The position numbers were made by a program, and so were the translations under genes. From positions 2,144,001-2,208,000 of the forward strand of contig OY970343.1 in the NCBI GenBank assembly GCA_963717525.1: DNA of 64,000 bases, given 5' to 3'. This document shows, in pieces, positions 1 to 10,333 of this stretch. Under the pieces are notes generated by a model. That model searched no databases. It was not told the DNA's origin and saw only the letters and a program-made list of their open reading frames with translations. How positions within the stretch are numbered: position 1 is the first letter of the stretch; each line of letters starts with the position of its first letter. Source of the DNA: an uncultured Methanoregulaceae archaeon (GTDB lineage: Archaea > Halobacteriota > Methanomicrobia > Methanomicrobiales > Methanospirillaceae).

Positions 1-467
1 TGTATCTCTTTCTGTGTTACCCTTCTCGGGCCGTACCCGCCTGGCTCCCGTTCGGAAAAGCAGAGCATGAAGTATTTCCCGGCCGGGGAGAGGATCGCTG
101 CAAGGTTCTCCACGAAGACCGGGCGGTCTTCATCGGACAGGGTATGGAAGAGCCCTGAATCGGTGGCGGTATCGAACTTCCTGTCAAGCTTTGAGAGATC
201 CAGTGCGTTCAGGACAAGAAAATGCACCGAGAGTCCTCTTCCGGCAGCCTTCTCCTGTGCCTTCTGGATCGCAAGCGGGGCAGAGTCGATCCCCCACACC
301 TCGTGCCCTTCTGCTGCGAAGAAGAGGGCATGCTCCCCGGTTCCGCATCCTATGTCAAGGACAGATCCTGTAATCTCTCTTCTCCGGGCCAGTTCAACGA
401 ACTCCTTCTGGGGCCGGCCGATGTCCCAGGGAGGGGTGCCCTGGTATGCCGCGCCAAAGAAATCCAT
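1..467 (-). CDS. Class I SAM-dependent methyltransferase (3' end runs off the window)
   Basis: Not in the ORF track. Manual reverse-strand translation from ATG at 467 gives MDFFGAAYQGTPPWDIGRPQ...VLDIGCGTGEHALFFA...WGIDSAPLAI...FDTATDSGLFHTL, containing SAM motif I (DxGCGxG). Resembles the methyltransferase at 26782-27414. Confidence 0.88.
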   Translation of the reverse strand, partial: MDFFGAAYQGTPPWDIGRPQKEFVELARRREITGSVLDIGCGTGEHALFFAAEGHEVWGIDSAPLAIQKAQEKAAGRGLSVHFLVLNALDLSKLDRKFDTATDSGLFHTLSDEDRPVFVENLAAILSPAGKYFMLCFSEREPGGYGPRRVTQKEI

Positions 468-657
468 ACTTCACGATAGTTCTTGGTATACATATTGTTA
501 TTTCTCCACGAAATGGCGGCTTCCGGAGCGCCACCATTCGACCGGCACGAAACGATACCGGCAATCCTTCCTTCGCGATGGAAAAGGTGTCATCACGAGG
601 GCAGATTACCTATCGTTCAGATAAGATGAGGCGATAGTTATCCCCCACTTGAGTGAT

Positions 658-698
658 TGATTCCGCCGCCCCCGACGGGGCGCCCCCGCGGCGGATCA
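658..698. repeat. GC-rich intergenic stem-loop (REP-like)
   Basis: TCCGCCGC...GCGGCGGA 8-bp stem enclosing CCCC-GAC-GGGG, in a long intergenic region. Confidence 0.55.
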
Positions 699-1239
699 GT
701 AACAAATGTTCGCATAATCTCCTTGCCCCGCCGTGCCCCGGAGGCGGGTGACCCTCATAAATACCCTGCTATGGTCCCGGAACAGCCGTAAAATCGGCTC
801 ATCCTGCTACATAAATACCCCTGTTTCCCGCATAGAAATGAAATACCGGCGGATCTCCCATATTTTCAGGAAAAAGCGGTCCGGTTTTTGCCTGGCACAG
901 AACCCCTTTTATTTTCGTCTCTAGACGGGTTCCAGGCCATCCATAAGCCCCTCATGACCAGTTGTTCTTTCCCATTTTCGCAATCAAAGGAACGCCACTA
1001 AATTGCACGGTTTTTTCCTGTTTTAAATGCCCTGTTTCCGAAAATACCGGTTTATATGGAGAATTTTGTCGGGCGTTGGCACCGCTTCCACTGGAACCCT
1101 CCGGGCACGGATCCGTCCAGGGAATTCTCCGTCGAAGAAGGAAATCATGGGAGACCGCAGGTCTGGCCTCTCCCTTTCTCGCGCCCCGCACCCCCTACCG
1201 GAGCCCTTATTTGATCCCGGACAAGAGTGAGAAAGAGAA

Positions 1240-2295
1240 ATGACACGCTGCGATTTTTGCGGAAAAAGTGTCTCGCTTCCGTTTCATTGCCAGTATTGCG
1301 GGAAAAACTTCTGTGACGATCACCGGCTCCCGCCCAACCACGCGTGCGCAGGCATTGCGGAATGGAAAAAGACCCCGGCGCCCGGGGTAGGCATCCGGTA
1401 CGGTGGGGGTGGGGCGACAGCGTACGGAGGTGGGTATGCGACGGCACCCAAAGACAGGAAACCCGGGCGTGTCCCGTTCTGGAAACACCCGTACTTCAGG
1501 GTTGCTCTCGTGCTGGTTGTGCTTTTGGTCCTTATCGTAGTCTTCATTCTTCTGGGCGGATGCCTCCAGACCGGGGAAAAGAGCGGGACAGTCACAGCAA
1601 GTCATACTCCCGGGTCGTCTCTTGCCGCCACCGTTGCCACGGCCACGCCGGTCCTTCCCGCAACCACCCCCGTAATCCCGGTAACGACCGTCTCCCCTCC
1701 CCTCACCCCCACCTCTTCTCCTCCGATAACTCAGCCCGTTCCTGAGGAGGCCGCCGCAGCTGCGACCGCCACGCCTCCGTTCCTTATAGTGCCGGGAAAA
1801 CTTTCTGATGACCCGTATCCGATCTCGACATCGTCGCTTGCCGGCCGGATCCACGAGCTGATCAATGACAACCGGGCGGCAAACGGCCTTGCCCCCCTTG
1901 CGGTCGACCCGGCGCTTGACGGGCTTGCGCTCAACCACAGCACGGACATGGCGGCGAACAATTACTTCTCGCACACGGATCTCTCGGGAGAAGACCCGAC
2001 CGCCCGGGGAAATGCGAGTGGGTATACCTGCATCAAGTACTACGGCTCCTACTACACCTACGGGATCGCGGAAAACATCTTCCAGAACAACCTCTACACT
2101 TCGGTGACAGACACAAACGGCGTTTATTCCTACGCGTGGAGCACACAGGAAGAGATTGCGCAGTCCACCGTCACCGGCTGGATGAACAGCGCAGGACACC
2201 GGAAAAATATCCTCACATCCACTTATGACCGCGAGGGGATCGGGGTTGCTATCGCTTCTGACGACAAGGTGTACATCACCGAGGACTTCTGCTGA
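1240..2295 (+). CDS. AN1-type zinc finger + TM helix + Thr/Pro linker + CAP (SCP-like) domain protein
   Basis: N-terminal CDFC...FHCQYC...FCDDHRLPPNHAC; hydrophobic segment VALVLVVLLVLIVVFILLGGC; CAP motifs HSTDMAANNYFSH, AENI and WMNSAGHRKNIL. Confidence 0.88.
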   Translation: MTRCDFCGKSVSLPFHCQYCGKNFCDDHRLPPNHACAGIAEWKKTPAPGVGIRYGGGGATAYGGGYATAPKDRKPGRVPFWKHPYFRVALVLVVLLVLIVVFILLGGCLQTGEKSGTVTASHTPGSSLAATVATATPVLPATTPVIPVTTVSPPLTPTSSPPITQPVPEEAAAAATATPPFLIVPGKLSDDPYPISTSSLAGRIHELINDNRAANGLAPLAVDPALDGLALNHSTDMAANNYFSHTDLSGEDPTARGNASGYTCIKYYGSYYTYGIAENIFQNNLYTSVTDTNGVYSYAWSTQEEIAQSTVTGWMNSAGHRKNILTSTYDREGIGVAIASDDKVYITEDFC

Positions 2296-2369
2296 TCACG
2301 GATACCGGGCCGGCAATTGCAGCCCTGCCACATCCTCAAAAAGTACCCCAGCATACCTCTTACCTGATC

Positions 2370-2654
2370 ATGCCAGCCGCACACATCCGCACCTTCCGGG
2401 ATGGGAAAACCCTTGAAGGCGAACTTGCTGCCGCGATGCACCGGGTCGGGGCGCTCGGGGTCACGTACCCGGAACACTATTACGAAACTCTCGTCGCGAA
2501 GTACGAAAAGGATGGCGTTCCCTACCCCCACATCCTGACGATTCTCGGGGAACCCCGGATCCGGGGCCATTTTTTCTATGAACGGGCGCTTGGGCGCACC
2601 GGCCCGGATGACAAAAAGTGCGTGTTTGAGTTCTGCACAAAAAAAAGTCCCTGA
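2370..2654 (+). CDS. Small hypothetical protein
   Basis: 94-aa ORF filling the gap between the CAP gene and the convergent rubrerythrin gene; no recognised motif. Confidence 0.55.
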   Translation: MPAAHIRTFRDGKTLEGELAAAMHRVGALGVTYPEHYYETLVAKYEKDGVPYPHILTILGEPRIRGHFFYERALGRTGPDDKKCVFEFCTKKSP

Positions 2655-2671
2655 AAAATAAGTGAAAGAGG

Positions 2672-3244
2672 TCAGTAGTTCTCTGCTGCCCGTTCGAAGT
2701 ACGCCGTGGGGTGTCCGCAGACCGGGCATTTCGCCGGGGCAGACTTCCCTTCATGGATGAACCCGCAGTTCCGGCAGTACCATTTTGCGGGAGTCTCCTC
2801 CTTGAAAACGGAACCGTTCTCCACGTTTTCGAGCAGTTTACTGTACCGTTGATGGTGATGCGTTTCCACCGTTGCCACCATCTTGAAGAGTTTCGCGATA
2901 TCAGAAAATCCTTCCTTGTCTGCGGTTGCGGCAAATTTCGGGTAGAGCGTGCCCCATTCCATCTCTTCTCCCGCGGCCGCAGCGGCGAAGTTTTCTTTCG
3001 TGGTCCCGATCATCCCTGCGGGATAGGCCGCCGTGATCTCCACGTCACCTCCCCTGAGCAGTTTAAAGAACAGCTTACCGTGCTCCTTCTCCTCATCGGC
3101 GGTCTGCTGGAAGATCGCTTGGATCTGTTCGTATCCTTCCTTTCTCGCTGCGCTTGCAAAGAACGTGTACCGGTTCCGTGCCTGGGACTCGCCGGCAAAT
3201 GCCGCGAGTACGTTCTTTTCTGTCTTACTGCCCCTGAATTGCAT
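2672..3244 (-). CDS. rbr: Rubrerythrin
   Basis: AFAGESQARNRY, EEKEH di-iron motifs and C-terminal rubredoxin-like WYCRNCG...CPVCGHP. Start chosen at MQFRGSKT. Confidence 0.95.
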   Translation of the reverse strand: MQFRGSKTEKNVLAAFAGESQARNRYTFFASAARKEGYEQIQAIFQQTADEEKEHGKLFFKLLRGGDVEITAAYPAGMIGTTKENFAAAAAGEEMEWGTLYPKFAATADKEGFSDIAKLFKMVATVETHHHQRYSKLLENVENGSVFKEETPAKWYCRNCGFIHEGKSAPAKCPVCGHPTAYFERAAENY

Positions 3245-3362
3245 CAAATACGTACCTCTTTTGATCCAATCTGCCGGCATACCATATACGCTCTGCGGGA
3301 CACGGCCCTTCGTTCATGGGCACCCCGTCCGGGCTTCCGTCAGTATGCGTATGCCGGGCCGT

Positions 3363-6300
3363 TTACCCGGAGAAGGAACGATATCCTCCACCCGGGACCG
3401 TGATCTCGAACCGGGCCCCTTTCCCGTGACGCCCGGTCTCATGGATAGAGATGCCGGTGATGGCGAGGATCTCCCGGACAAGAAAGAGCCCGAACCCCGT
3501 GTTCCTGCCGAAACCTTTCTCGAAAATCTTCTGTTTCTCGTCGAGAGGAATCCCCTCTCCGTTATCCTCAACCGTTATAATCAGCGTATCCGCGGCTTTT
3601 TCGCACGAGACCTGGATATCAGTCACAGTCTCCCCGTGGCGGACCGCGTTGTCGAAGAGGTTGGAAAAGACCTTGTTGATCATCGGGTCGGCAAAGATCT
3701 CGGTTGTCCCGCAGGTACAGGTGACTGAAGGGCCACTGGCCGGCCGGGCAGAATGCACCAGGCGCTCGATCCGGAACCACGAGGGTGTTTTCACACCGAG
3801 GTCCTGGTACGTCCGCATGAACTCGACCTGTCCTTGGATCGCGGACACGGCACGATCGATCTTGGCAATAAAATCCCCGACGGCCGGGTCGGGTTTTTTG
3901 AGCGACGCCATCTGCGCGTATCCCCTTACTACCGTCAATTGGTTCGCCATATCGTGACGGGTGATGCTGGTCAGCAGGTTGAGTTTCCGGTTCGCCTCCC
4001 GGATTGCATTCTCGGCCTGTTTGCGTGGGGTGATGTCCAAAAGGACACCATAATACATCAGCTCGCTGTTATGGACGCCCGCGGTGGCGGTAGCCTGAAA
4101 CCACATCAGTGTTCCATCCGGCCGTATAAACCGGCCCTCAAAATACCAGTCCCTGCTGCCGGTGCTGACCGCAGCGGCGACGGAGTCCAGGAACTTCTGC
4201 CGGTCATCGGCATGGACATGGGAGGAGAACCATCCCAGGAAATCCGTCGTCGTGTGGTCGTACCCGAAAATTTTTTCCCCGGCATGGACGTTCACGTACG
4301 GGAATTCGATGCTGCCGTCGGGCTTTATGTGCGCCAGGTACACGACTCCCGGCACCGTCGCGGTGATCTCTTCCATCTGCTCCTGGCGCCGCAGGATCTC
4401 CTTTTCAGCTTTCCTGCGGGCGGAGATGTCGATGCCTACCCCGGTAAAATAAATCCTGCCGCCGATATCGAGCCGGACTGCGGTGAAATAGTAGGGGACC
4501 TTTGTCCCGTCCTTTGTGGTCAGCTCCGCCTCGGTATCCGCGACCCCCTCCTCGTATGCTTTTTTTACCCCCGCGCTGACGAGCATAGAGCTCTTCTCGT
4601 CACCTTTGAACCAGTCCATCAGCTGCCAGCCGGCGAGTTCATCGTGCGAATACCCGGTTGAGAGCTCGTGGTTCCGGTTCCAGCGGACAAGGCGCTCGTT
4701 TTCGTCGTAGAGGTACAGCAGGCCCGGCACGCTGTCGAGCACGGCATCAGAAAAGGTCATCTCTTCCTGTAGCGCTGCCTGTGCCCGTTTCTGTTTGATC
4801 ACCTGCCAGAGCCCCTGCATGAGCAGCGACAGCTCCTCGACGTCGTGATCCGTATATTCCTCCGGCTTGTTCGCCACACCGACGACAAGGACGATGTGGT
4901 CCCCGTCCATGAGCGGGACGTTCATGTGCCGGAGGATCTGCGGGTGGCCCGGGGGATACCCTTTTTTCCAGGGATTCGGCGCCGCGTAATCGTTGGTGAT
5001 GACCGCCCGGCGCTGCCTCACCGCCTCTCCCCAGAGGCCGGTCGTCTCCGTTTTGTAGACCAGCGGCTTTTCCTGCATCCCGCACTCGGCCATCGCGGAC
5101 TGTGACCAACCGTACATCAGGAGTTCGCTCTCGTCATCGCTGACGAGTGCAAGATATCCGAGCGGGCTTCCTGTCATGACCCCGGCCCCTTCGATGGCTG
5201 CCATGAAAAGTTCCTGCTCGCTTTTCTGTGCGTTCTCGAACAACCCAAGGAGATACCGGTGCCTGACCTCGCTTTCCCGGATCTGTTTTTCGCTCCGCTC
5301 CAGCTCAGCGTACTGCTGCCACAGCTCTTCTTCCGTCGCCGCTATCTGCTCGTAAGTTTTTTTGAGTTCAGTCTCTTTATCTTTAAGGCCGGTGATATCG
5401 TGGAGGACTCCTTCAATACCGAGCACTGCACCGTTCCTGTCATAATAGAGATGGCTGCTCGTTGAGACGATAACAGGAGACCCGTCCATGCGCCTGAGTT
5501 CGATCTCGAAGTCCTTTACCGAGCCGTCCCGGTATATGGCATCAAGAAATTCCTGCCGTTTTTCCGGGACCAGGTAGATCGAATCAGCGATGGATTTCCC
5601 GAGCAGGTCCTCCGGGAAATCATAGCCGAGGAGTGCCGGTCCGCTGGGGCTTACCATGATTAACCTGCCATTGCGGTCCGTGCGGTATACCACATCTTGG
5701 AGGTTTTCAACCAATGTCCGGTATTTCTCTTCGCTTTCCCGCAGTTGTTCCTCCCGTAACCGTTCGTCGGTGATATCACGTATCGTGCCAATGGTCGCAG
5801 GCTTTCCCAGATAGGTCGCCTTGCCAACGTTTATTGTCACATACTTTCGCGTAGAACCGTCGCGGCAAAGGAATTTACACTCGTACACTTCCGGCAACTG
5901 TTCTCCCGCAAGGCGTGAATAGTGCCGGGAGAGCACCAACTCCCGGTCTTCAGGGGCGATAAAACGGTCGAGAGGAGCACCGTCAGGTTCACCTTCTGCA
6001 TAACCGAGGAGCTCGCGGAACCCCCGGTTATGGAATACTAGCCGGCCGTCCTGCGCAATAAAAATCCCGTCTTTGCTGTGTTCCACGAGCGTCCGGTACT
6101 TTTCCTCGCTTTCCCGGATCCTCCGCTCGCCCTCTGCAAGTTCAGTATACTGGGTGCGCAGCTCTTCTTCAGATGCCGTCAGTTGCTCGTTTGCTGCCTG
6201 CAGCTCCTGCTCGGACTTTTTCAATTCCGTGATATCGCGGATGGACTCGATCGCACCGACAAGCACCCCTTTATCGTTAAAGAGGCCGCTTGCTGTCCCC

Positions 6301-7016
6301 CAGAGGCTGACCGCAGGCTGCCCCACTTTCCCGAGCACGGTCTCTGCGGTGATGGTTGTCGTGGTATGCCGGATATAGGTGTAGTGATTTTTCTCGAAAG
6401 TGCTGTCGGGGGAAAAGATGAGATCTATCAGCATAGGCCTGCGTTCCCCGTAGAACGCAAGGGCGTACTCATGGTTTCCCCTGCCAAGAACCTGTGCAGC
6501 AGCGACCCCGGTCATCTCTTCCATGACCCGGTTCCACGCTATGATCTTCCCGCTGGTATCTATGGCAAAGGTGGCATCCGGGAGGAAGTCGATGATGTCG
6601 GCAAGCCGTTTCTCTGAATCGGACAGGGCCTTCTCGGCATGTATCCTGCCAATTGCCTGCCGGATCTTATGCGCCAGCTCGGCAAACTGCGCCTTGGGAT
6701 CGCCGCCTTTCTGGAGGTAAAAATCAGCGCCGTTGTTGATGGCGGCGATCACGATCTCCTCGCGGCCCCTGCCGGTAAAGAGGATAAAGGGGATCCCGCC
6801 ATAAGATGCCCTGACCAATTTTAAGAGCTCGATGCCATCCATACCGGGCATCTGGAAATCAGACACGATCGCGTCGAAGCGGTTCTTCTGTAACAGGTCG
6901 AGTGCCCTGTCTCCCGAAAGTGCACACGTTACAGCAAATTCACCGTTCTGTTCGAGAAAGAGCCGGCCGATCTCGAGCAGTCCCGGTTCATCATCGATGT
7001 AAAGGAGAGAATACAT
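3363..7016 (-). CDS. Hybrid sensor histidine kinase (REC, multiple PAS, GAF, HisKA-like, HATPase)
   Basis: N-terminal receiver (LYIDDE...SDFQMP...LQK), repeated PAS/PAC motifs (GTIRDITD, GVLHDITG), GAF (TNDY...HMNVPL), ITRHD H-box, NLFDNA, EDNGEG, GFGLF. Confidence 0.93.
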   Translation of the reverse strand: MYSLLYIDDEPGLLEIGRLFLEQNGEFAVTCALSGDRALDLLQKNRFDAIVSDFQMPGMDGIELLKLVRASYGGIPFILFTGRGREEIVIAAINNGADFYLQKGGDPKAQFAELAHKIRQAIGRIHAEKALSDSEKRLADIIDFLPDATFAIDTSGKIIAWNRVMEEMTGVAAAQVLGRGNHEYALAFYGERRPMLIDLIFSPDSTFEKNHYTYIRHTTTTITAETVLGKVGQPAVSLWGTASGLFNDKGVLVGAIESIRDITELKKSEQELQAANEQLTASEEELRTQYTELAEGERRIRESEEKYRTLVEHSKDGIFIAQDGRLVFHNRGFRELLGYAEGEPDGAPLDRFIAPEDRELVLSRHYSRLAGEQLPEVYECKFLCRDGSTRKYVTINVGKATYLGKPATIGTIRDITDERLREEQLRESEEKYRTLVENLQDVVYRTDRNGRLIMVSPSGPALLGYDFPEDLLGKSIADSIYLVPEKRQEFLDAIYRDGSVKDFEIELRRMDGSPVIVSTSSHLYYDRNGAVLGIEGVLHDITGLKDKETELKKTYEQIAATEEELWQQYAELERSEKQIRESEVRHRYLLGLFENAQKSEQELFMAAIEGAGVMTGSPLGYLALVSDDESELLMYGWSQSAMAECGMQEKPLVYKTETTGLWGEAVRQRRAVITNDYAAPNPWKKGYPPGHPQILRHMNVPLMDGDHIVLVVGVANKPEEYTDHDVEELSLLMQGLWQVIKQKRAQAALQEEMTFSDAVLDSVPGLLYLYDENERLVRWNRNHELSTGYSHDELAGWQLMDWFKGDEKSSMLVSAGVKKAYEEGVADTEAELTTKDGTKVPYYFTAVRLDIGGRIYFTGVGIDISARRKAEKEILRRQEQMEEITATVPGVVYLAHIKPDGSIEFPYVNVHAGEKIFGYDHTTTDFLGWFSSHVHADDRQKFLDSVAAAVSTGSRDWYFEGRFIRPDGTLMWFQATATAGVHNSELMYYGVLLDITPRKQAENAIREANRKLNLLTSITRHDMANQLTVVRGYAQMASLKKPDPAVGDFIAKIDRAVSAIQGQVEFMRTYQDLGVKTPSWFRIERLVHSARPASGPSVTCTCGTTEIFADPMINKVFSNLFDNAVRHGETVTDIQVSCEKAADTLIITVEDNGEGIPLDEKQKIFEKGFGRNTGFGLFLVREILAITGISIHETGRHGKGARFEITVPGGGYRSFSG

Positions 7017-7220
7017 ACCGGAACCATCTTTGCCGTGTCTGGTGGCTGTACGACTGACAGGCAATTGTCCTTAATTGTATTGAATCTTGCGAACTTCCCC
7101 CGGCTCTTCTGGTACGTGCACCATGGCAAGGGTTTCAGGTTCGGACAGGATCATCACTACCTAGCCCCTCATATCCTTTGCCGGCCAAGTTCAGGTACAA
7201 GAAAAGGAGCCATACCAGCA

Positions 7221-7889
7221 ATGAAGATCCTTGTAATCCACGGGAGCCCTCGTGCGATCCGAAGTACCACACGGAGACTTGCCGGTTTTGTACTCGAAGG
7301 AGCGGCAGATGCCGGTGCAGAGACTGAAATGATCGACCTTGCGGATTACCGGATCACCCCATGCACTGCCTGTGAAGCGTGCACCCTCAACGGTATCTGC
7401 GTCAACGACGACGATCTCCCTGCCCTTGTGGCCCTGATGAACGCGGCGGACGCCCTTGTCTTTGACTCGCCGGTGTATATCGATAATGTCACCGGCCAGA
7501 TGAAGGTTTTCTTCGACCGGCTTGCGGATGCGATCCATTACCAGCAGTTCTCCGGGAAGTACGGCTGTGCCGTTGCAACCACGGCAGAGTCCGGTGGCGA
7601 CGGAGTGGTCGCGTACCTCAACCATGTCCTCAATTACCTTGGTGTCGTTTCGGTGGGGGGCATCAGCACAGCCACCGGGGGAAGATCGGAGGCCGTTGAG
7701 GAGTTGGAACCTGCAGCCCGGGCGCTCGGGAAAAAACTCGCGGACGCGGTCCGGGACGGGTACTCCGATCCGGCGCAGGAAGCGATCATCGCGGAGAACC
7801 GGGCGTACTTCAGGACCATTGTTGAAGAGAACCGGGATCTCCGCACGGAGGAGTACGAGCGGTGGGTGCGGATGGGCTGGATCCGGTGA
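7221..7889 (+). CDS. Iron-sulfur flavoprotein (Isf) / NADPH-dependent FMN reductase family
   Basis: MKILVIHGSPR, CTACEAC...C cluster motif, SPVY and MKVFFDR. Confidence 0.9.
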   Translation: MKILVIHGSPRAIRSTTRRLAGFVLEGAADAGAETEMIDLADYRITPCTACEACTLNGICVNDDDLPALVALMNAADALVFDSPVYIDNVTGQMKVFFDRLADAIHYQQFSGKYGCAVATTAESGGDGVVAYLNHVLNYLGVVSVGGISTATGGRSEAVEELEPAARALGKKLADAVRDGYSDPAQEAIIAENRAYFRTIVEENRDLRTEEYERWVRMGWIR

Positions 7890-8010
7890 CCCGGGATTTT
7901 CTCTCACCCGCCCTGAAACGGAAAGACCGTGACGCCGTTTTGATGCGTGGGGTACCCGGCCTTGAAAGAACGTACTGGTGAATCTGATCAGGAACAATCA
8001 CAGAAAGAAG

Positions 8011-8084
8011 CGGGCCTGAAGGGATTTGAACCCTTGACCTGCGGATTAAGAGTCCGCCGCTATGCCGAACTAAGCTACAGACCC
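8011..8084 (-). tRNA. tRNA-Lys (CTT)
   Basis: Reverse complement GGGTCTGTAGCTTAGTTCGGCATAGCGGCGGACTCTTAATCCGCAGGTCAAGGGTTCAAATCCCTTCAGGCCCG folds as a cloverleaf with anticodon CTT. Confidence 0.95.
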
Positions 8085-8193
8085 ACGTAGCCTAATAATG
8101 TGGCCGGTACAGCCGAATAAATGTTTTGGAAACCGAAAGTCGGGACTTCCGGAGAATCCTTTTATACGTGGGCATGGCCCATCTTTTTCTTAC

Positions 8194-9663
8194 ATGCCTG
8201 ACACCGCCGCGTTTGAGTCGGCAGCCCCGATAAAATACTGCATCTTCGGGTGCGGGACCAACGGGTACAATATCATTCTCGAACTCGCAAAGGAAAACGA
8301 GCGCGTGATCATCGTCGACCGAGACGAGACGCGTGTCCGCCACCTCCGGGACCAGAAGTACGACGCGTATGTACGGGACATCACGGCGTCGGATATGCTG
8401 GTCGGGCTTCCCGTGTTCGAGATCGCGTTTGTGATGGCTGGCGATGCAGATGCAAACCTTGCTGCCGTCATCACCATCAAAAAACGGTACCCCTCCGTAC
8501 AGGTGATCGCCCGGGCCGTCGACCCGGTCAGTGGCGGCAGGCTCACTGCCGCCGGGGCGGATCTTGTCCTCTACCCGCAGGAAGTTGTGGCAAAGACCGC
8601 CGTCTTCCAGATCAAGAAGCAGCACGCGAGCCGGATCTCGCAGAGGCTTTTCTCTCTCCTCGCTGGCTGGGACGGCATCCTTGGGATCATCACCCACAAG
8701 AACCCGGACCCGGACGCGATCGCAAGCGCCATGGCCCTTGCCGAGATCGCACGGCACGCGAACTCAAAGACGCTGACCACCCGGATCTTCTACGAGGGAA
8801 ACATCGGGCACCAGGAGAACCGGACATTTGTCAATCTTCTCGATATCAAGATGGAGCACCTGACACCAGAAGCGCTCCAGAAATGCACCTACCTTGCAAT
8901 GGTGGACTGCTCGGGCCCGGGGGCGAACAACGATGTGCCTCCCCAGACAAAGATCCAGATCATCATCGACCACCACAAGGATGGGAACCACGCGGCCGGC
9001 CAAGGCATGTTTATGGATATCCGGCCCGGCATCGGGGCGACGGCGAGCATTATGACCCAATACCTGCAGGAGCTCGATATCCCGGTCGACAAAAGGGTGG
9101 CGACCGCGCTCCTGTACGGCATCAGGACAGACACAAAAGAATTCAAGAGGAATGTCACTCCGCAGGACTTAGGCAACGCCGGCTTTTTGCTCCCCCTCAC
9201 GGACGCGGACCTCCTCGACAAGATCATGTCGCCGTCCATGTCTCAGGAGACGATCGACGTGATGGGAAAGGCGATCCAGAACCGGAAGATCCAGAGCGGG
9301 TACCTCTTCGCGAACGTCGGTTACGTGATGAACCGGGATGCCCTCCCGCAGGCAGCGGATCTGCTCATCACGCTTGAAGGGGTGAACACGGCGCTCGTTT
9401 ACGGGATCACCGATACGTCGATCGTAATCTCGGCCCGGAACCGGGACATCCGGTTGCACGTGGGAAACGCGCTCGCCGAAGCGTTCGGGGACATGGGGGA
9501 TGCAGGGGGCCACCCGAACATGGCTGCGGCCAACCTTCCGCTCCATTATTTCGGGAACGTTGCAGACAAGGTGGCGCTTCTTGAGATCACCATCGAGCCG
9601 ATCCTCCAGAAGTTCAAGAATCTCGTCGGCCTCGAGAATGAGGAAAGGAAAAATGAGGAATGA
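8194..9663 (+). CDS. TrkA_N (RCK) + DHH/DHHA1 phosphoesterase
   Basis: N-terminal Rossmann-type IFGCGTNG, then THKNPDPDAI, MVDC, IIDHH and GGH motifs. Confidence 0.9.
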   Translation: MPDTAAFESAAPIKYCIFGCGTNGYNIILELAKENERVIIVDRDETRVRHLRDQKYDAYVRDITASDMLVGLPVFEIAFVMAGDADANLAAVITIKKRYPSVQVIARAVDPVSGGRLTAAGADLVLYPQEVVAKTAVFQIKKQHASRISQRLFSLLAGWDGILGIITHKNPDPDAIASAMALAEIARHANSKTLTTRIFYEGNIGHQENRTFVNLLDIKMEHLTPEALQKCTYLAMVDCSGPGANNDVPPQTKIQIIIDHHKDGNHAAGQGMFMDIRPGIGATASIMTQYLQELDIPVDKRVATALLYGIRTDTKEFKRNVTPQDLGNAGFLLPLTDADLLDKIMSPSMSQETIDVMGKAIQNRKIQSGYLFANVGYVMNRDALPQAADLLITLEGVNTALVYGITDTSIVISARNRDIRLHVGNALAEAFGDMGDAGGHPNMAAANLPLHYFGNVADKVALLEITIEPILQKFKNLVGLENEERKNEE

Positions 9664-9706
9664 TGCCGTGCCGGCCATGTTTTCTGTGGCCGGGCACCGG
9701 TGAACC

Positions 9707-10333
9707 ATGGAATTTTCCGCGTGGGAACCCCATTACCGCGAGATCCTTGCCTCTTTCGGGTTCTCCCGCGAGGACGACGAGAAGGCAGCAGCCCTGCTTG
9801 CAACCCTCATCGGTCATGATGACCTCCCCGCTCTGGCCCGGCTGGTGAAGGGGCGAACTGTTGTGGTCTGCGGGAACGCCCCCGGCCTCGGACAGGAACT
9901 CACCCTCATCCCGAAAGGCAGCGTCGTCTTCGCCGCCGATGCAGCGGCCGATGTCCTCTTCACGCATGGCATCCGGCCCGAAGCGGTCTTCACCGACCTT
10001 GACGGTGCGACCGATCTTCTGGTTGAAATGAACCGGGCCGGTACGATCGTGGTGGTGCATGCTCACGGTGACAATATCCCGCTCCTCCGGCACTGGGTGA
10101 AGAGATTGCCCGGCCCGGTGGTCGCCACCACGCAGAGTACACCTCTTGAGCATGTCCACAACTTCGGCGGCTTTTCCGACGGTGACCGGGCGGTCTTTGC
10201 TGCCGATGCGCTCGGCGCAAAAACGATCACGCTGGTCGGGTTCGATCTCGATGACAAAAATGTAGACCCGGTCAAGCGGGGGAAACTTATGTGGGCAAAG
10301 AAACTGCTTGCCCTGATCGGCCATGACCGCTGA
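9707..10333 (+). CDS. mptE: 6-hydroxymethylpterin diphosphokinase MptE (DUF115)
   Basis: VFAADAA, TDLDG, VVHAHGDN, NFGGFSDGDRA and KRGKLMWA motifs typical of archaeal MptE. Confidence 0.85.
   Translation: MEFSAWEPHYREILASFGFSREDDEKAAALLATLIGHDDLPALARLVKGRTVVVCGNAPGLGQELTLIPKGSVVFAADAAADVLFTHGIRPEAVFTDLDGATDLLVEMNRAGTIVVVHAHGDNIPLLRHWVKRLPGPVVATTQSTPLEHVHNFGGFSDGDRAVFAADALGAKTITLVGFDLDDKNVDPVKRGKLMWAKKLLALIGHDR

Noticed and set aside
67..624. 185-aa plus-strand ORF
   Set aside because: Shadow of the minus-strand methyltransferase at 1-467.
1086..1097. ORB-like GTTCCAGTGGAA core (also partial at 30308) suggesting oriC
   Set aside because: Isolated copies without the G-string, no clustering around an AT-rich unwinding element and no cdc6/orc1 in the window. 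The gap upstream of oapA also lacks clear ORBs.
8011..8084. tRNA-Lys or tRNA-Ser as a provirus or island attachment site
   Set aside because: I saw no duplicated tRNA 3' end and no integrase in the window.
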